Assembly: GCA_040755995.1 (NCBI GenBank)
Contig: JBFMAF010000024.1
Coordinates: 256,001 to 320,000 of the forward strand
From: Acidobacteriota bacterium
GTDB taxonomy: Bacteria; Acidobacteriota; CAIWXX01
Direction of reading: 5' to 3'
DNA: 64,000 nucleotides
Numbering within the stretch: position 1 is the stretch's first letter; each line of letters opens with the position of its first letter. The translations under genes and the position numbers were made by a program. Of this stretch, positions 29,063 through 37,742 are shown one piece after another. The notes beneath the pieces are model-generated. The model searched no databases, was not told the origin of the DNA, and saw nothing but the letters and a program-made list of their open reading frames with translations.

Positions 29063-30898
29063 TCACTCGATCCGCGTGAATTTCTCCAGCTCGGCCGCTT
29101 CCTTCTCGAGCCCCAGCTCGCGCATCGTCTTCTTCGTCGGTATGCCTCGGCTGTCATACCCCCGGATGTCGTAGTACTCGTCCAGGAGTTTCTCGTACTT
29201 TTCCATCTCGAGTATCTTCCCGGCGATCGGGCCGTCCGTGTCCGCGTTTGCCGGGTCGAACCAGATCTTGGGTGGATAGTCGGTCGACCGGTCCCAATCC
29301 GGGTATTCCCGCGCCCAGAACGCCTTCATCAGTGCGTAGATCCTGTCGCTCACTTTCCAGAAATCGTCCAGCGTCCAGTTCAGGCCCGTCGCCTTGTTGA
29401 AGTACACGGTGTAGTTGTTCAGATCCCAGCCGAGCTCGATCCACGGGAACCGGCACGACACGATGAACTCGAACAATCCGCCTCGGATGCGCTGCAGGTC
29501 GACTACCTTCTGGGCCTTCTCACGCCCATACGAGTCGCGTGGCGTCTGGTTGATCTCGTACGTGATGACCCAAGCCTCCTTGTGATGGGCCCCGATGGGG
29601 CTGGTGGCGAAAGCGAGCGCCATGCCTGGTATGAACTTGCAGTTGTATGCCGAGATCTCGAGCCCCTTGCATTGCATCGCATAGGCCTCGGAGCCCTTGC
29701 CGATCTTCTGGGCCATGATCCGCGTCCCGTCAGCCAGCAGATCGCCTACACCCTCGCGCAAGGCGGTCATCCGGAGCAGCTCCTTCGCGCGCTCGGCGTC
29801 GCCGAATTTGAAGTCGCCCGCGATCGCGCCATGATCGATCGCATCAGCGTAGAAGCCGAGTACTGCGCCGGCGGAAATCGTGTCCATGCCGTACTCGTCG
29901 CACATCCAGTTGAGCGATGCCATCTGAGCGAGCTCGAAGATCTCGAGGTTGCTGCCGAGCATGCCGACGTTCTCGTAATCGAGCTCCGACTCGTGCCCCT
30001 CCTTGTCGAGCACCGTGATCCCGCATCTCATGGTGCAGTTGGGGCATCCATATGTGGCGACCCGGGCCTCGTCGACCCGCTGGCCGTCGATGCGCCACGC
30101 TTCGGGATGGCGGGTCTTGCGCATGTTGCGAACGGGGAGCGCCGCGACTTCGTTGCACCAGGCCAGCACCCCGGTCGTGCTCTGTCGCGACCAGCCGGTC
30201 TTCTTGTCAAGCGCGCCGACCTTCTTGAGATCGGTCGCGCCGATTTTCTTGAACTCGTCCATCGCAGCCAGCGGGATGTCCTTGGTGCCTTTCACGACAA
30301 TGGCCTTCAGCTTCTTCGATCCCATGACGGCACCGATGCCCGGCCGCCCGCCGGCCCGGCCTTCCAGGCTGCGGATAATCGAGAAGAGGCACTTGTTCTC
30401 GCCCGCCTGACCTATGGTCAGGATGCCGACACCCTTTCCGTGCCTCTTGTAAAGCCATTCGAGGGTATCGTAGGTACCCTTGCCCCAGACCTCATCCGCC
30501 GGCAGGTACTGGACGCGGTCATTCTCGATATAGACGTAGCTCGGCCGGTCGCACGCGCCCTCGAATATCGCCACATCGTAGCCCGCCTTGCGAAGATGCG
30601 ACGTCACGTACGTGCCGAGATTGCCGTCTCCGTAACCGCCCGTGAGCGGAGACCGGGCGGCGACCACCGTCTTGCCCGTGTTCGGGGCGGCGACACCCGA
30701 AATCGGCCCCAGCGCCACGATGAGCTTGTTGTCGGGGCCCAACGGATCGGTTCCAGGCTTCAGCTCGTCCCACAGGATCTTCAGGGCGAAGCCACGCCCC
30801 CCGACCCATTGCGTCGCGAATCTCTCGTCAAAAGTCTCAATACGGTGGCTCTTAGAGGAGAGATCGATGCGAAGTATCTGTCCGATCCAGCCTTTCAT
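29063..30898 (-). CDS. Tungsten-dependent aldehyde:ferredoxin oxidoreductase, formaldehyde oxidoreductase (FOR)-like
   Basis: GGRG, SPLTGGYGDGNLGT, GAVMGSKKLKA, CPNCTMRC, ELDYEN, DEYGMDTIS, GAHHKEAWVI, CRFPW. Confidence 0.93.
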   Translation of the reverse strand: MKGWIGQILRIDLSSKSHRIETFDERFATQWVGGRGFALKILWDELKPGTDPLGPDNKLIVALGPISGVAAPNTGKTVVAARSPLTGGYGDGNLGTYVTSHLRKAGYDVAIFEGACDRPSYVYIENDRVQYLPADEVWGKGTYDTLEWLYKRHGKGVGILTIGQAGENKCLFSIIRSLEGRAGGRPGIGAVMGSKKLKAIVVKGTKDIPLAAMDEFKKIGATDLKKVGALDKKTGWSRQSTTGVLAWCNEVAALPVRNMRKTRHPEAWRIDGQRVDEARVATYGCPNCTMRCGITVLDKEGHESELDYENVGMLGSNLEIFELAQMASLNWMCDEYGMDTISAGAVLGFYADAIDHGAIAGDFKFGDAERAKELLRMTALREGVGDLLADGTRIMAQKIGKGSEAYAMQCKGLEISAYNCKFIPGMALAFATSPIGAHHKEAWVITYEINQTPRDSYGREKAQKVVDLQRIRGGLFEFIVSCRFPWIELGWDLNNYTVYFNKATGLNWTLDDFWKVSDRIYALMKAFWAREYPDWDRSTDYPPKIWFDPANADTDGPIAGKILEMEKYEKLLDEYYDIRGYDSRGIPTKKTMRELGLEKEAAELEKFTRIE

Positions 30899-30943
30899 GA
30901 AGCGGCCTCCCTGTGGATGAAGTAGTCATCGTGCATTCAGCCA

Positions 30944-30960
30944 TTGGATACCATATCCAA
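30944..30960. promoter_or_regulatory. Perfect inverted repeat TTGGATA-N3-TATCCAA, candidate operator between AOR and marC
   Basis: AT-rich 7-bp palindrome overlapping the likely -10 region of the AOR promoter. Confidence 0.5.
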
Positions 30961-31071
30961 CTTTGGCCGGTCAAGCGCGCACGAAGTCGATTTCGCGAAT
31001 CCCCCGGCCGCGCGAGAGGAGAACGGGTGGTTTTGCCACCGTCGTCGACATTGAGGTATCATGCCGTTGCC

Positions 31072-31710
31072 ATGTCCGAGAACCTCGCTTTCGCAGTCGT
31101 ATGCTTCTCGGCCATCTTTTTCGTCGTGGACCCCATCGCCGCTGTTCCGTTGTTCCTCTCGATCACGACGCAGGATCCTCCGGAAAAGAAGAAGAAGATG
31201 GCGGCGCGGGCCGCGATAGCGGCGTTCCTGGCACTGTCGATCTTCGCCGTCGCGGGCGGGCTGATCTTCAAGGCCTTTGGCATCAGTCTGGCTGCGTTCA
31301 AGATTGCCGGGGGGCTGATGCTCTTCATCATGTCGATTGACATGATGAAGGCCCTGCCTTCGCGCACGCGGTCGTCGGTGGAGGAGCAGGAGGAGGGGAT
31401 AGCGAAAGAGGATGTATCGATCGTGCCGATGGCCATCCCGATGCTGGCCGGGCCGGGGGCCATAGCCACTATCATGGTCCTGATCAGCCGGGCGGCCTGG
31501 CACCCGCTGCGCACGCTATCGGTGTTCGCCGCTATTGCGGTCACCTGTCTGACGGCATGGATGCTGATGCGCTCGGCGGCGATGGCGCATCGGTTCCTGA
31601 GCAAGACCGCGATCCACGTGATCGAGCGCGTGATGGGGCTGCTGTTGTCGGCTGTAGCGGTGGAGTTCGTGATCGGAGGGGTGCGAGACATGCTGCCGAC
31701 GCTGAGATGA
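31072..31710 (+). CDS. MarC-family integral membrane protein
   Basis: IFFVVDPIAAVPLF, FKIAGG, VPMAIPMLAGPGAI, ERVMGLLL. Confidence 0.93.
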   Translation: MSENLAFAVVCFSAIFFVVDPIAAVPLFLSITTQDPPEKKKKMAARAAIAAFLALSIFAVAGGLIFKAFGISLAAFKIAGGLMLFIMSIDMMKALPSRTRSSVEEQEEGIAKEDVSIVPMAIPMLAGPGAIATIMVLISRAAWHPLRTLSVFAAIAVTCLTAWMLMRSAAMAHRFLSKTAIHVIERVMGLLLSAVAVEFVIGGVRDMLPTLR

Positions 31711-31713
31711 GTG

Positions 31714-33594
31714 TCAGCGCAGGCAATCGGCGTTGGAACGTGCCCACATAGTGAAAACGATCAGGTTGTAGAGCGCCTGCGAGTGATCCTGCCGGCCCCT
31801 GAGGTGCCTCTGCCAGAGCTGTCTCCAGGAATGCCGGTCGAACAGAGACTCCGGCGCCTCTTCTATCGCCTGCTCCGCGACGCTCCTCAGCGGTGACCGG
31901 AGCCACTCGGCCATCGGCGCGCCGAAACCGTGCTTCTTGCGATCGATGATGCGGCGCGGGAGGCGGGTCGCCGCCCAGCGTCGCAGGACGTGCTTGCCCC
32001 GGCCGCCGTGCAAGAGCCACTCCTCCGGAAGGCTCAAGCAGAAGTCGACGAGGCCGGCGTCTAGGAACGGCATTCTCCCCTCGATGCTGAAGTGCATCAT
32101 CAGCCTGTCTTCCTTGACGAGGAGGTCGCCGGACAGGTAGGTGAGGAAGTCCGCGACCAGAGCCTCGTGCAGCGTGGGGTGATGAGGAAGCCGGCGCAGA
32201 ATCGAGCCCTGGAGCTCCTCGGGACTCATGGCGGCCCGTTCGATCGCCGGCGATGAGAAGAGATCCAGAAGGATGCTCTCCCCGATCGGCCTCAGCGTCG
32301 CCAGATAGCGGTTCTGCGCCGACTCGGACAGGCTCCGCAGGAAGCGCCGGGCGAGAAGGATCTCTTCGAGAAAGGAGGTCCTTCTGGTCGCGGGAAGCAG
32401 ACCCAGGCATGCGTGTGCAGATCGGATCAGGAACCCGGGCACCCAGCGAACGTGGTGCCGCAGTCGTTCGAGGTGATACTTGCGATACCCCGCGAGCACA
32501 TCATCGGCGCCGGTGCCCGTGAGCACCACCTTGACCTGTTCGGAGGCGATCTTCGCCAGGTAGTAAGTGGGGATCGCCGAAGCGTCGGCGAACGGTTCGT
32601 CAAAGACCGTCGTCAAGAGCGGCAGCACCGACTTGGCGTCTGGTGTGACGTCATACGACCGATGGTTGGTCCTGAAGCGGGATGCCACCGCCTCCGCATG
32701 CGGCCTCTCGTCGTACTGGCCCATGCCAGGGAAACCTATCGAAAACGTCCGTATGTTGCGGAACCCCAGCTCGTCCATGGCCGCCACAAGGCACGAGCTG
32801 TCGAGGCCACCGCTGAGGAACACTCCAAGCTCCACGTCGCTCCTGCAGTGCACCCGCACCGCATCGCTCAGCTTCGCCGCGAATTCGTGCTCGACTTCGA
32901 TTGGATGACCTGGCACGGGCGGCGCGGTCCAGAACGGCCGGATCACGACCGTGCCTTCGCGCCACCGCAGACAGGTGCCCTGTTCCAGCTTCCGGACCCC
33001 CTGATAGATAGTGCGATCATGAGGCACGTAGCCGAGGTCGAAGAATTGAAATGTGGACTGAAGGTCGAGCGCGAGCGCGGGAAGAAGCACGCGCAGGGCC
33101 TTCAGCTCGGAGGCGAACAGGAGCGTGCCGCCGCCGGCTGCGTAGTAGAGCGGCTTCATCCCGGCGCGATCGCGGGCCAGCACGAGCTCGCGCCGATCTT
33201 CGTCCCAGATTGCGATCGCGAACATGCCGTCGAGACGCGCGAAGCAGTCGCCACCGAGCTCCTCGTACAGGTGGACGACGGCCTCCGTGTCGCTGCTGCT
33301 CCTGAACGCGTGCCTGCCTTCCAGCTCTCGCCGGATCTCGACGTAGTTGTAGATCTCGCCGTTGAAGACCACGTGAACGGTACCGGTCTCGTTTGCCAAC
33401 GGCTGCCTGGCGGCCGGGCTCAGATCGATGATCGAGAGCCGGCGATGATAGACGCGGACGCGACAGTCCGCCAGGTCCCGGCCGATTGAGCCGCAGTCAT
33501 CCGGGCCGCGATGCCGCAGACAGAGCGAAGCCCGCTCGAACGCCTCCTCAGACGGCAGCGCTCCAATCGAAACGGCGCCCACGATGCCACACAA
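31714..33594 (-). CDS. asnB: Asparagine synthase (glutamine-hydrolysing) family amidotransferase
   Basis: MCGI, HRGPD, HRRLSIIDL, FNGEIYN, LSGGLDSS, EPFADAS, KKHGF; TTG start. Confidence 0.93.
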   Translation of the reverse strand: MCGIVGAVSIGALPSEEAFERASLCLRHRGPDDCGSIGRDLADCRVRVYHRRLSIIDLSPAARQPLANETGTVHVVFNGEIYNYVEIRRELEGRHAFRSSSDTEAVVHLYEELGGDCFARLDGMFAIAIWDEDRRELVLARDRAGMKPLYYAAGGGTLLFASELKALRVLLPALALDLQSTFQFFDLGYVPHDRTIYQGVRKLEQGTCLRWREGTVVIRPFWTAPPVPGHPIEVEHEFAAKLSDAVRVHCRSDVELGVFLSGGLDSSCLVAAMDELGFRNIRTFSIGFPGMGQYDERPHAEAVASRFRTNHRSYDVTPDAKSVLPLLTTVFDEPFADASAIPTYYLAKIASEQVKVVLTGTGADDVLAGYRKYHLERLRHHVRWVPGFLIRSAHACLGLLPATRRTSFLEEILLARRFLRSLSESAQNRYLATLRPIGESILLDLFSSPAIERAAMSPEELQGSILRRLPHHPTLHEALVADFLTYLSGDLLVKEDRLMMHFSIEGRMPFLDAGLVDFCLSLPEEWLLHGGRGKHVLRRWAATRLPRRIIDRKKHGFGAPMAEWLRSPLRSVAEQAIEEAPESLFDRHSWRQLWQRHLRGRQDHSQALYNLIVFTMWARSNADCLR

Positions 33595-33652
33595 GTCAGT
33601 CCTCGCCCCAGCCCTGCTCTTGTGCAGCCGCTTCCGTCGAAGTCACAAGCCG

Positions 33653-33682
33653 AGTCTAAGCCCCGGCTCGCGCACGTGTCAA
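33653..33682 (-). promoter_or_regulatory. Sigma70-type promoter TTGACA-18-TAGACT for asnB
   Basis: Consensus -35 on the minus strand; divergent from the promoter at 33724. Confidence 0.55.
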
Positions 33683-33723
33683 CGTTCAGACGCAGATCTC
33701 CGCGTCGACCCCCTCGGCCCGTT

Positions 33724-33752
33724 TTGACCTTGGAATATGCCTGAGCTATGAT
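33724..33752 (+). promoter_or_regulatory. Sigma70-type promoter TTGACC-17-TATGAT
   Basis: Near-consensus boxes upstream of the response regulator at 33803. Confidence 0.6.
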
Positions 33753-33802
33753 TGACGGTCGTTCGAACGTTACACACTGGTTCTGGCGGAGGGTGATTCT
33801 CA

Positions 33803-34174
33803 ATGCCGAAGATCCTGCTGGTCGAAGATAATGAGATGAACCGGGACATGCTCTCGCGGCGCTTGATGCGGAAGGGCTATGAGGTCGTCATGGCCGTCGA
33901 TGGAGCGCAGGGAGTCGCCATGGCGCAATCAGAACTGCCGTCGCTCATTCTCATGGACATGAGCCTGCCGGAAGTGGATGGGTGGGAGGCATCTCGGCGA
34001 CTGAAGGCCAAGGCCGAGACACAAGCTATCCCTATCATCGCGTTGACTGCGCACGCGATGTCCGGCGACCGGGAGAAGGCGCTCGAAGCCGGATGCGATG
34101 ACTACGACACCAAGCCGATCGAGATGCCGCGGTTGTTGGGCAAGATCGAGGCGCTGCTGAACCAGCGCGCGTAG
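33803..34174 (+). CDS. Single-domain response regulator (DivK-like)
   Basis: ILLVEDNEMNRDMLSRRL, LILMDMSLP, ALTAHAM, DTKP. Confidence 0.95.
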   Translation: MPKILLVEDNEMNRDMLSRRLMRKGYEVVMAVDGAQGVAMAQSELPSLILMDMSLPEVDGWEASRRLKAKAETQAIPIIALTAHAMSGDREKALEAGCDDYDTKPIEMPRLLGKIEALLNQRA

Positions 34175-34468
34175 TTTGCGGGACCGCTGATCGGGCTGTC
34201 GCGATCGACGTCGTAATCGATGCGACGCGGTCACGCCAACGAACCCGATCCCCGGGGTCGGCATCGGCATCTATTCGTTCGGTTCCTGCCAAAGTGTGGT
34301 CGTCGCGTGGGCCATCTCGATTCCGGCTCCGGAACGGAACCGATCCCGATGCCGATTCCGACACACGTGCCGATCCGCGGAGGGAGGCAGCGGCTCTTGA
34401 TGTCGGGCGAGTGCAGGAGTATTCTCTCCTCAGCCCGGAATTTCAGACTGGGCCTGAGGGAGGTGTCC

Positions 34469-35716
34469 GTGGCCGAGTCCAGTTCACGCGCGAAGCGTGC
34501 CCAGGCGCTGGCCCAGATTCGACGATCCGTCCGTGAATCCGGTCCGCGCCTCACGCAGCTCCTGGACCAGCTCGATGCCGCCAGGTTGGAGCTGCGCAGG
34601 GCCGCCCACTCGCTCGTCGGCAAGGCACCAATGGCGGGTCTGGAAATGGTCGGGAAGCTGGCGGCCGAACTGGAGGGCACGCTCGCTGCGCCGGAGCCGT
34701 GGGCCGGTATGCGGGACACGGCGGCACACCTCGTGGCTGCCGCCTCGGTCGTGAACGAAGAAGCCCCCGAAACGGGTGTCGCCGCAGAGCCGGGGGCGAT
34801 CAGCGATACGCCACCGAAGCCGCCCGAGGGAATCCTCGTGGCGATGGACGATGACGCGGATCTTCTGCAGCTCATCCAGGCGGCCTTTCAGGCATCAGGC
34901 TGGGAAGTGCGGACCGCCAGCACGGTCGCGCAATTGGACGCCGTGCTCGCGTCGAAGACCCCCAGTGGAATCATCCTCGACGTTGAGATGCCTGAAGTGA
35001 GCGGCTTCGATCTCTTCCTCCGCCTGCGCGAGAGGCCTGAATTGAAAGAGATCCCCGTGATGTTTCTCACATCGAGGGCGGATCCAAAGGATGTGATGGC
35101 TGGACTCGGCATGGGATCCGATGACTACCTGGTGAAGCCGATACAAATGGAGGAGCTGGTGGGCAGGGTCGTGAATCGCGTGGAGAATCTGGCCATGCTT
35201 CGCCGTCAGGCCCGGCGCGACATGTTGACCGGCCTCGCCAACCGGCGCGCCATGGAGGAAGAGCTGCTTGCCTTCTCGGCCAGACACCGGAGACATTCGG
35301 AGCCGATGGCGGTCGCCATGCTGGACATGGATCACTTCAAACGCATCAACGACACGTTCGGGCACGCGGTCGGCGATGTCGTACTGAAGGAGACGGCTCA
35401 CCGCCTGGCGACGGGGATGCGACAGTCGGACCTGTGCGGACGATGGGGCGGCGAGGAGTTCCTTGTGCTTTTTCCATACACGCCTCTCGAGCCGGCCGTG
35501 GAAGTGATCGATCGTCTCAGGCGCGACGTCGGCAGGGAACCAATGAAGGTGTCGGAGACACTGAACCTCACGGTAACGTTTTCGGCGGGGGTGGCTGCCG
35601 GGGTTCCCGGGGATGAGAATGCGCGGCAGCTGGTAGAGGCGGCCGACGTGGCATGTTACAGGGCGAAGCAACTCGGCCGGAATCGAGTGGTCTCGGCTGC
35701 AGACAGCCCCGAGTGA
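34469..35716 (+). CDS. Hpt-like + REC + GGDEF diguanylate cyclase
   Basis: AAHSLVG Hpt-like His; REC IILDVEMP; RWGGEEF active site with RQSD I-site; GGAGG SD and TTGATG-17-TATTCT promoter at 34397-34425. Confidence 0.9.
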   Translation: MAESSSRAKRAQALAQIRRSVRESGPRLTQLLDQLDAARLELRRAAHSLVGKAPMAGLEMVGKLAAELEGTLAAPEPWAGMRDTAAHLVAAASVVNEEAPETGVAAEPGAISDTPPKPPEGILVAMDDDADLLQLIQAAFQASGWEVRTASTVAQLDAVLASKTPSGIILDVEMPEVSGFDLFLRLRERPELKEIPVMFLTSRADPKDVMAGLGMGSDDYLVKPIQMEELVGRVVNRVENLAMLRRQARRDMLTGLANRRAMEEELLAFSARHRRHSEPMAVAMLDMDHFKRINDTFGHAVGDVVLKETAHRLATGMRQSDLCGRWGGEEFLVLFPYTPLEPAVEVIDRLRRDVGREPMKVSETLNLTVTFSAGVAAGVPGDENARQLVEAADVACYRAKQLGRNRVVSAADSPE

Positions 35717-35793
35717 CACCGAGATGGTGGGCGCGAGTCGAATCCGTAGAGCCGGCGTGCGCCGCGGCGCCGTCCTCTGATGGAGCTTGCGTC

Positions 35794-36186
35794 ATGAAGC
35801 TCCGAGTGCTCCTGGCAGACGACGATGCCGATCTGCGGTTTCTGACTGCCTGCACTTTGGAAGACGAAGGGTGGGAGGTGACAGGTGTTCCGAACGGAAG
35901 GGAGGCGATCGAGCGGCTTCGCCAGGGGGCATTCGATCTGGTCATCCTGGATGCCCAGATGCCCGTGATGGACGGATTCGAGGCTTACGAACTGATCAGG
36001 CAGGACGCGCTGTTCAGCGCGATCCCTATAATGTTCCTCACCGCTCAATCGACACTCGCGCAACTCGCCGAGCTAGGGGCCGGTCTGGCCGGTCACATCA
36101 AGAAGCCGTACGACGTCGATACGCTGGCTCGCCAGATCGAGGCGCTGCTCCAGAAGGCTCGACCCGGGCCTGACTCGCCCGGCTAG
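35794..36186 (+). CDS. Single-domain response regulator
   Basis: VLLADDD, LVILDAQMPVMDG, MFLTA, KKP. Confidence 0.9.
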   Translation: MKLRVLLADDDADLRFLTACTLEDEGWEVTGVPNGREAIERLRQGAFDLVILDAQMPVMDGFEAYELIRQDALFSAIPIMFLTAQSTLAQLAELGAGLAGHIKKPYDVDTLARQIEALLQKARPGPDSPG

Positions 36187-37283
36187 CTGTCCGTCCCGGC
36201 GCCCCGGGCAGCAAGAGGCAGCCTGAACCAGAAGCAGGCGCCTCCGCTCTCGTTATTCTTCACACCGATATCGCCGCCGTGGAGATCGACGAGCTGCTTG
36301 CTGATGGCCAGTCCCAGTCCACTGCTCCTCTCGCCGCCGGTGGGCTTGTTGCTGAGGCGGGCGTACTTCGTGAACACCTTCTTCATGTCCTCATCGGTGA
36401 GCCCCGGTCCAGTATCGCTAACCTCGATCCTCGCGTACGCACCATCCATGCGCGTCCTGACCGTGGCTCGGGATCCCGGCGGGCAGAACTTGATAGCGTT
36501 GCCAACCAGATTCTGCACGACCTGAGAAAGGCGAGGGCCATCGGCATCTGTGGGCGGCAGAGACGGATCGAGGTCCAGAGAGAGTGTGATCTCCTTCTCG
36601 GCCGCAGATTGGGCGTTAGCCTTCACCGCCTCCTCTGCCATCTGGTTGAGATCCGTCGCAGTCAATGCGAGAGTCAGCCGTCCATCCTGAAGGGCATGGA
36701 AATCCAGGAAATCCTCGATCATCCGCTGCATCCGGGCCGCACCGCGCGAGATGAGGCCGACCATCTGGAAGGCATCCTCGGTCATGACCGAACCGGGGGG
36801 GACCATCTTCTTGAGCATCTTGGCGCTGCCGAGCACGATTGTGAGCGGGTTCTGGAGGTCGTGGCTCGCGATCTTCATGAAATCGTCCTTCAACTGAGCC
36901 AGCCGCCTCAGCGAGAGCTGCGTCTCCACGCGCGCCATCACGACCGGGAAATCCAGGGGCTTGGTGGCATAGTCGTTGGCGCCGTCCTGAAATCCGGCAA
37001 CGACGTCTTCGCTGCGATCCTTCGCCGTCACCATGATGACCGGAAGATCCACGGGCGACTGTGTCTGCCTGATAATCTTGAGGACTTCGATCCCGCTCAT
37101 CCCAGGCATCATCACGTCCAGCAGAATCAAATCGAACTTCTGTTCGTGGGCCATCTCGATTGCCTGCGGCCCGTCTTCCGCCAGGGTCACCACACACCCC
37201 CGGCGTTCGAGCCTGCGGCGCAGGAGGTCTCGGTTGGCTTCGTCGTCATCGACTACGAGAATATGGCCTTTCAGCGGTTTCAT
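36183..37283 (-). CDS. Hybrid REC-histidine kinase
   Basis: N-terminal REC; ASHDLQNP H-box; NLVGNAIKF, DTGPG, GLGLAI. Confidence 0.93.
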   Translation of the reverse strand: MKPLKGHILVVDDDEANRDLLRRRLERRGCVVTLAEDGPQAIEMAHEQKFDLILLDVMMPGMSGIEVLKIIRQTQSPVDLPVIMVTAKDRSEDVVAGFQDGANDYATKPLDFPVVMARVETQLSLRRLAQLKDDFMKIASHDLQNPLTIVLGSAKMLKKMVPPGSVMTEDAFQMVGLISRGAARMQRMIEDFLDFHALQDGRLTLALTATDLNQMAEEAVKANAQSAAEKEITLSLDLDPSLPPTDADGPRLSQVVQNLVGNAIKFCPPGSRATVRTRMDGAYARIEVSDTGPGLTDEDMKKVFTKYARLSNKPTGGERSSGLGLAISKQLVDLHGGDIGVKNNESGGACFWFRLPLAARGAGTDS

Positions 37284-37326
37284 CGACGTCTATCCCCGCA
37301 ACAGGCGCGCCAACATCTTGCCTTCG

Positions 37327-37355
37327 AAATTACCCGGTTCAACCCCGTATGTCAA
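37327..37355 (-). promoter_or_regulatory. Sigma70-type promoter TTGACA-17-TAATTT
   Basis: Consensus -35 with 17-bp spacer upstream of the REC-HK gene. Confidence 0.55.
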
Positions 37356-37742
37356 ACCAGGTGTGAACCTGGACCATTGAACGGCGGTGCCGCCACAAGG
37401 GAGCGGGAGATCAGTCCATTGTTCCCGGCGGCAAATGGGTGCTATGTTGCGCGTACAGGAGGAGCCGGTTCCCATGCACTACATCGTGAGCGAGCAAGGC
37501 GATTTCGGCCAGGTAGCCAGGTTGGACTGGCTGCATCATCGCAGGGCGGTCGGGCGAGTCAGCTGCCTTCCTCGGCATGACGACGCTCACCCGGCCCCGT
37601 CAGCCGCACTGTCGCGACGGGCCGTCCGTGTGTTAGCATTCGCCGTCGATCGCCTACGTGCGAAAGTAGATGCCTATGAAACCTGAGGAGCGAGGCCGTC
37701 AGCCGGGGATCATCTGCCCTTCGAGTAGCAGGTAGAAGAGAA

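Noticed and set aside
31714..33594. asnB as a lasso-peptide cyclase / RiPP cluster
   Set aside because: Intact N-terminal Cys glutaminase domain; no precursor, B protein or PqqD-like gene nearby
34220..34468. Longer N-terminal extensions from the ORF track (also 291, 691, 1473, 13167, 30913, 35653, 43342, 58776, 61844)
   Set aside because: They run through repeats, promoters or upstream genes; downstream starts fit SD/promoter positions and family N-termini better
37474..37686. 70-aa ORF with AGGAGG upstream of the glycan cluster
   Set aside because: Has an SD-like sequence but no recognizable family or protein-like pattern; cannot be supported without homology data
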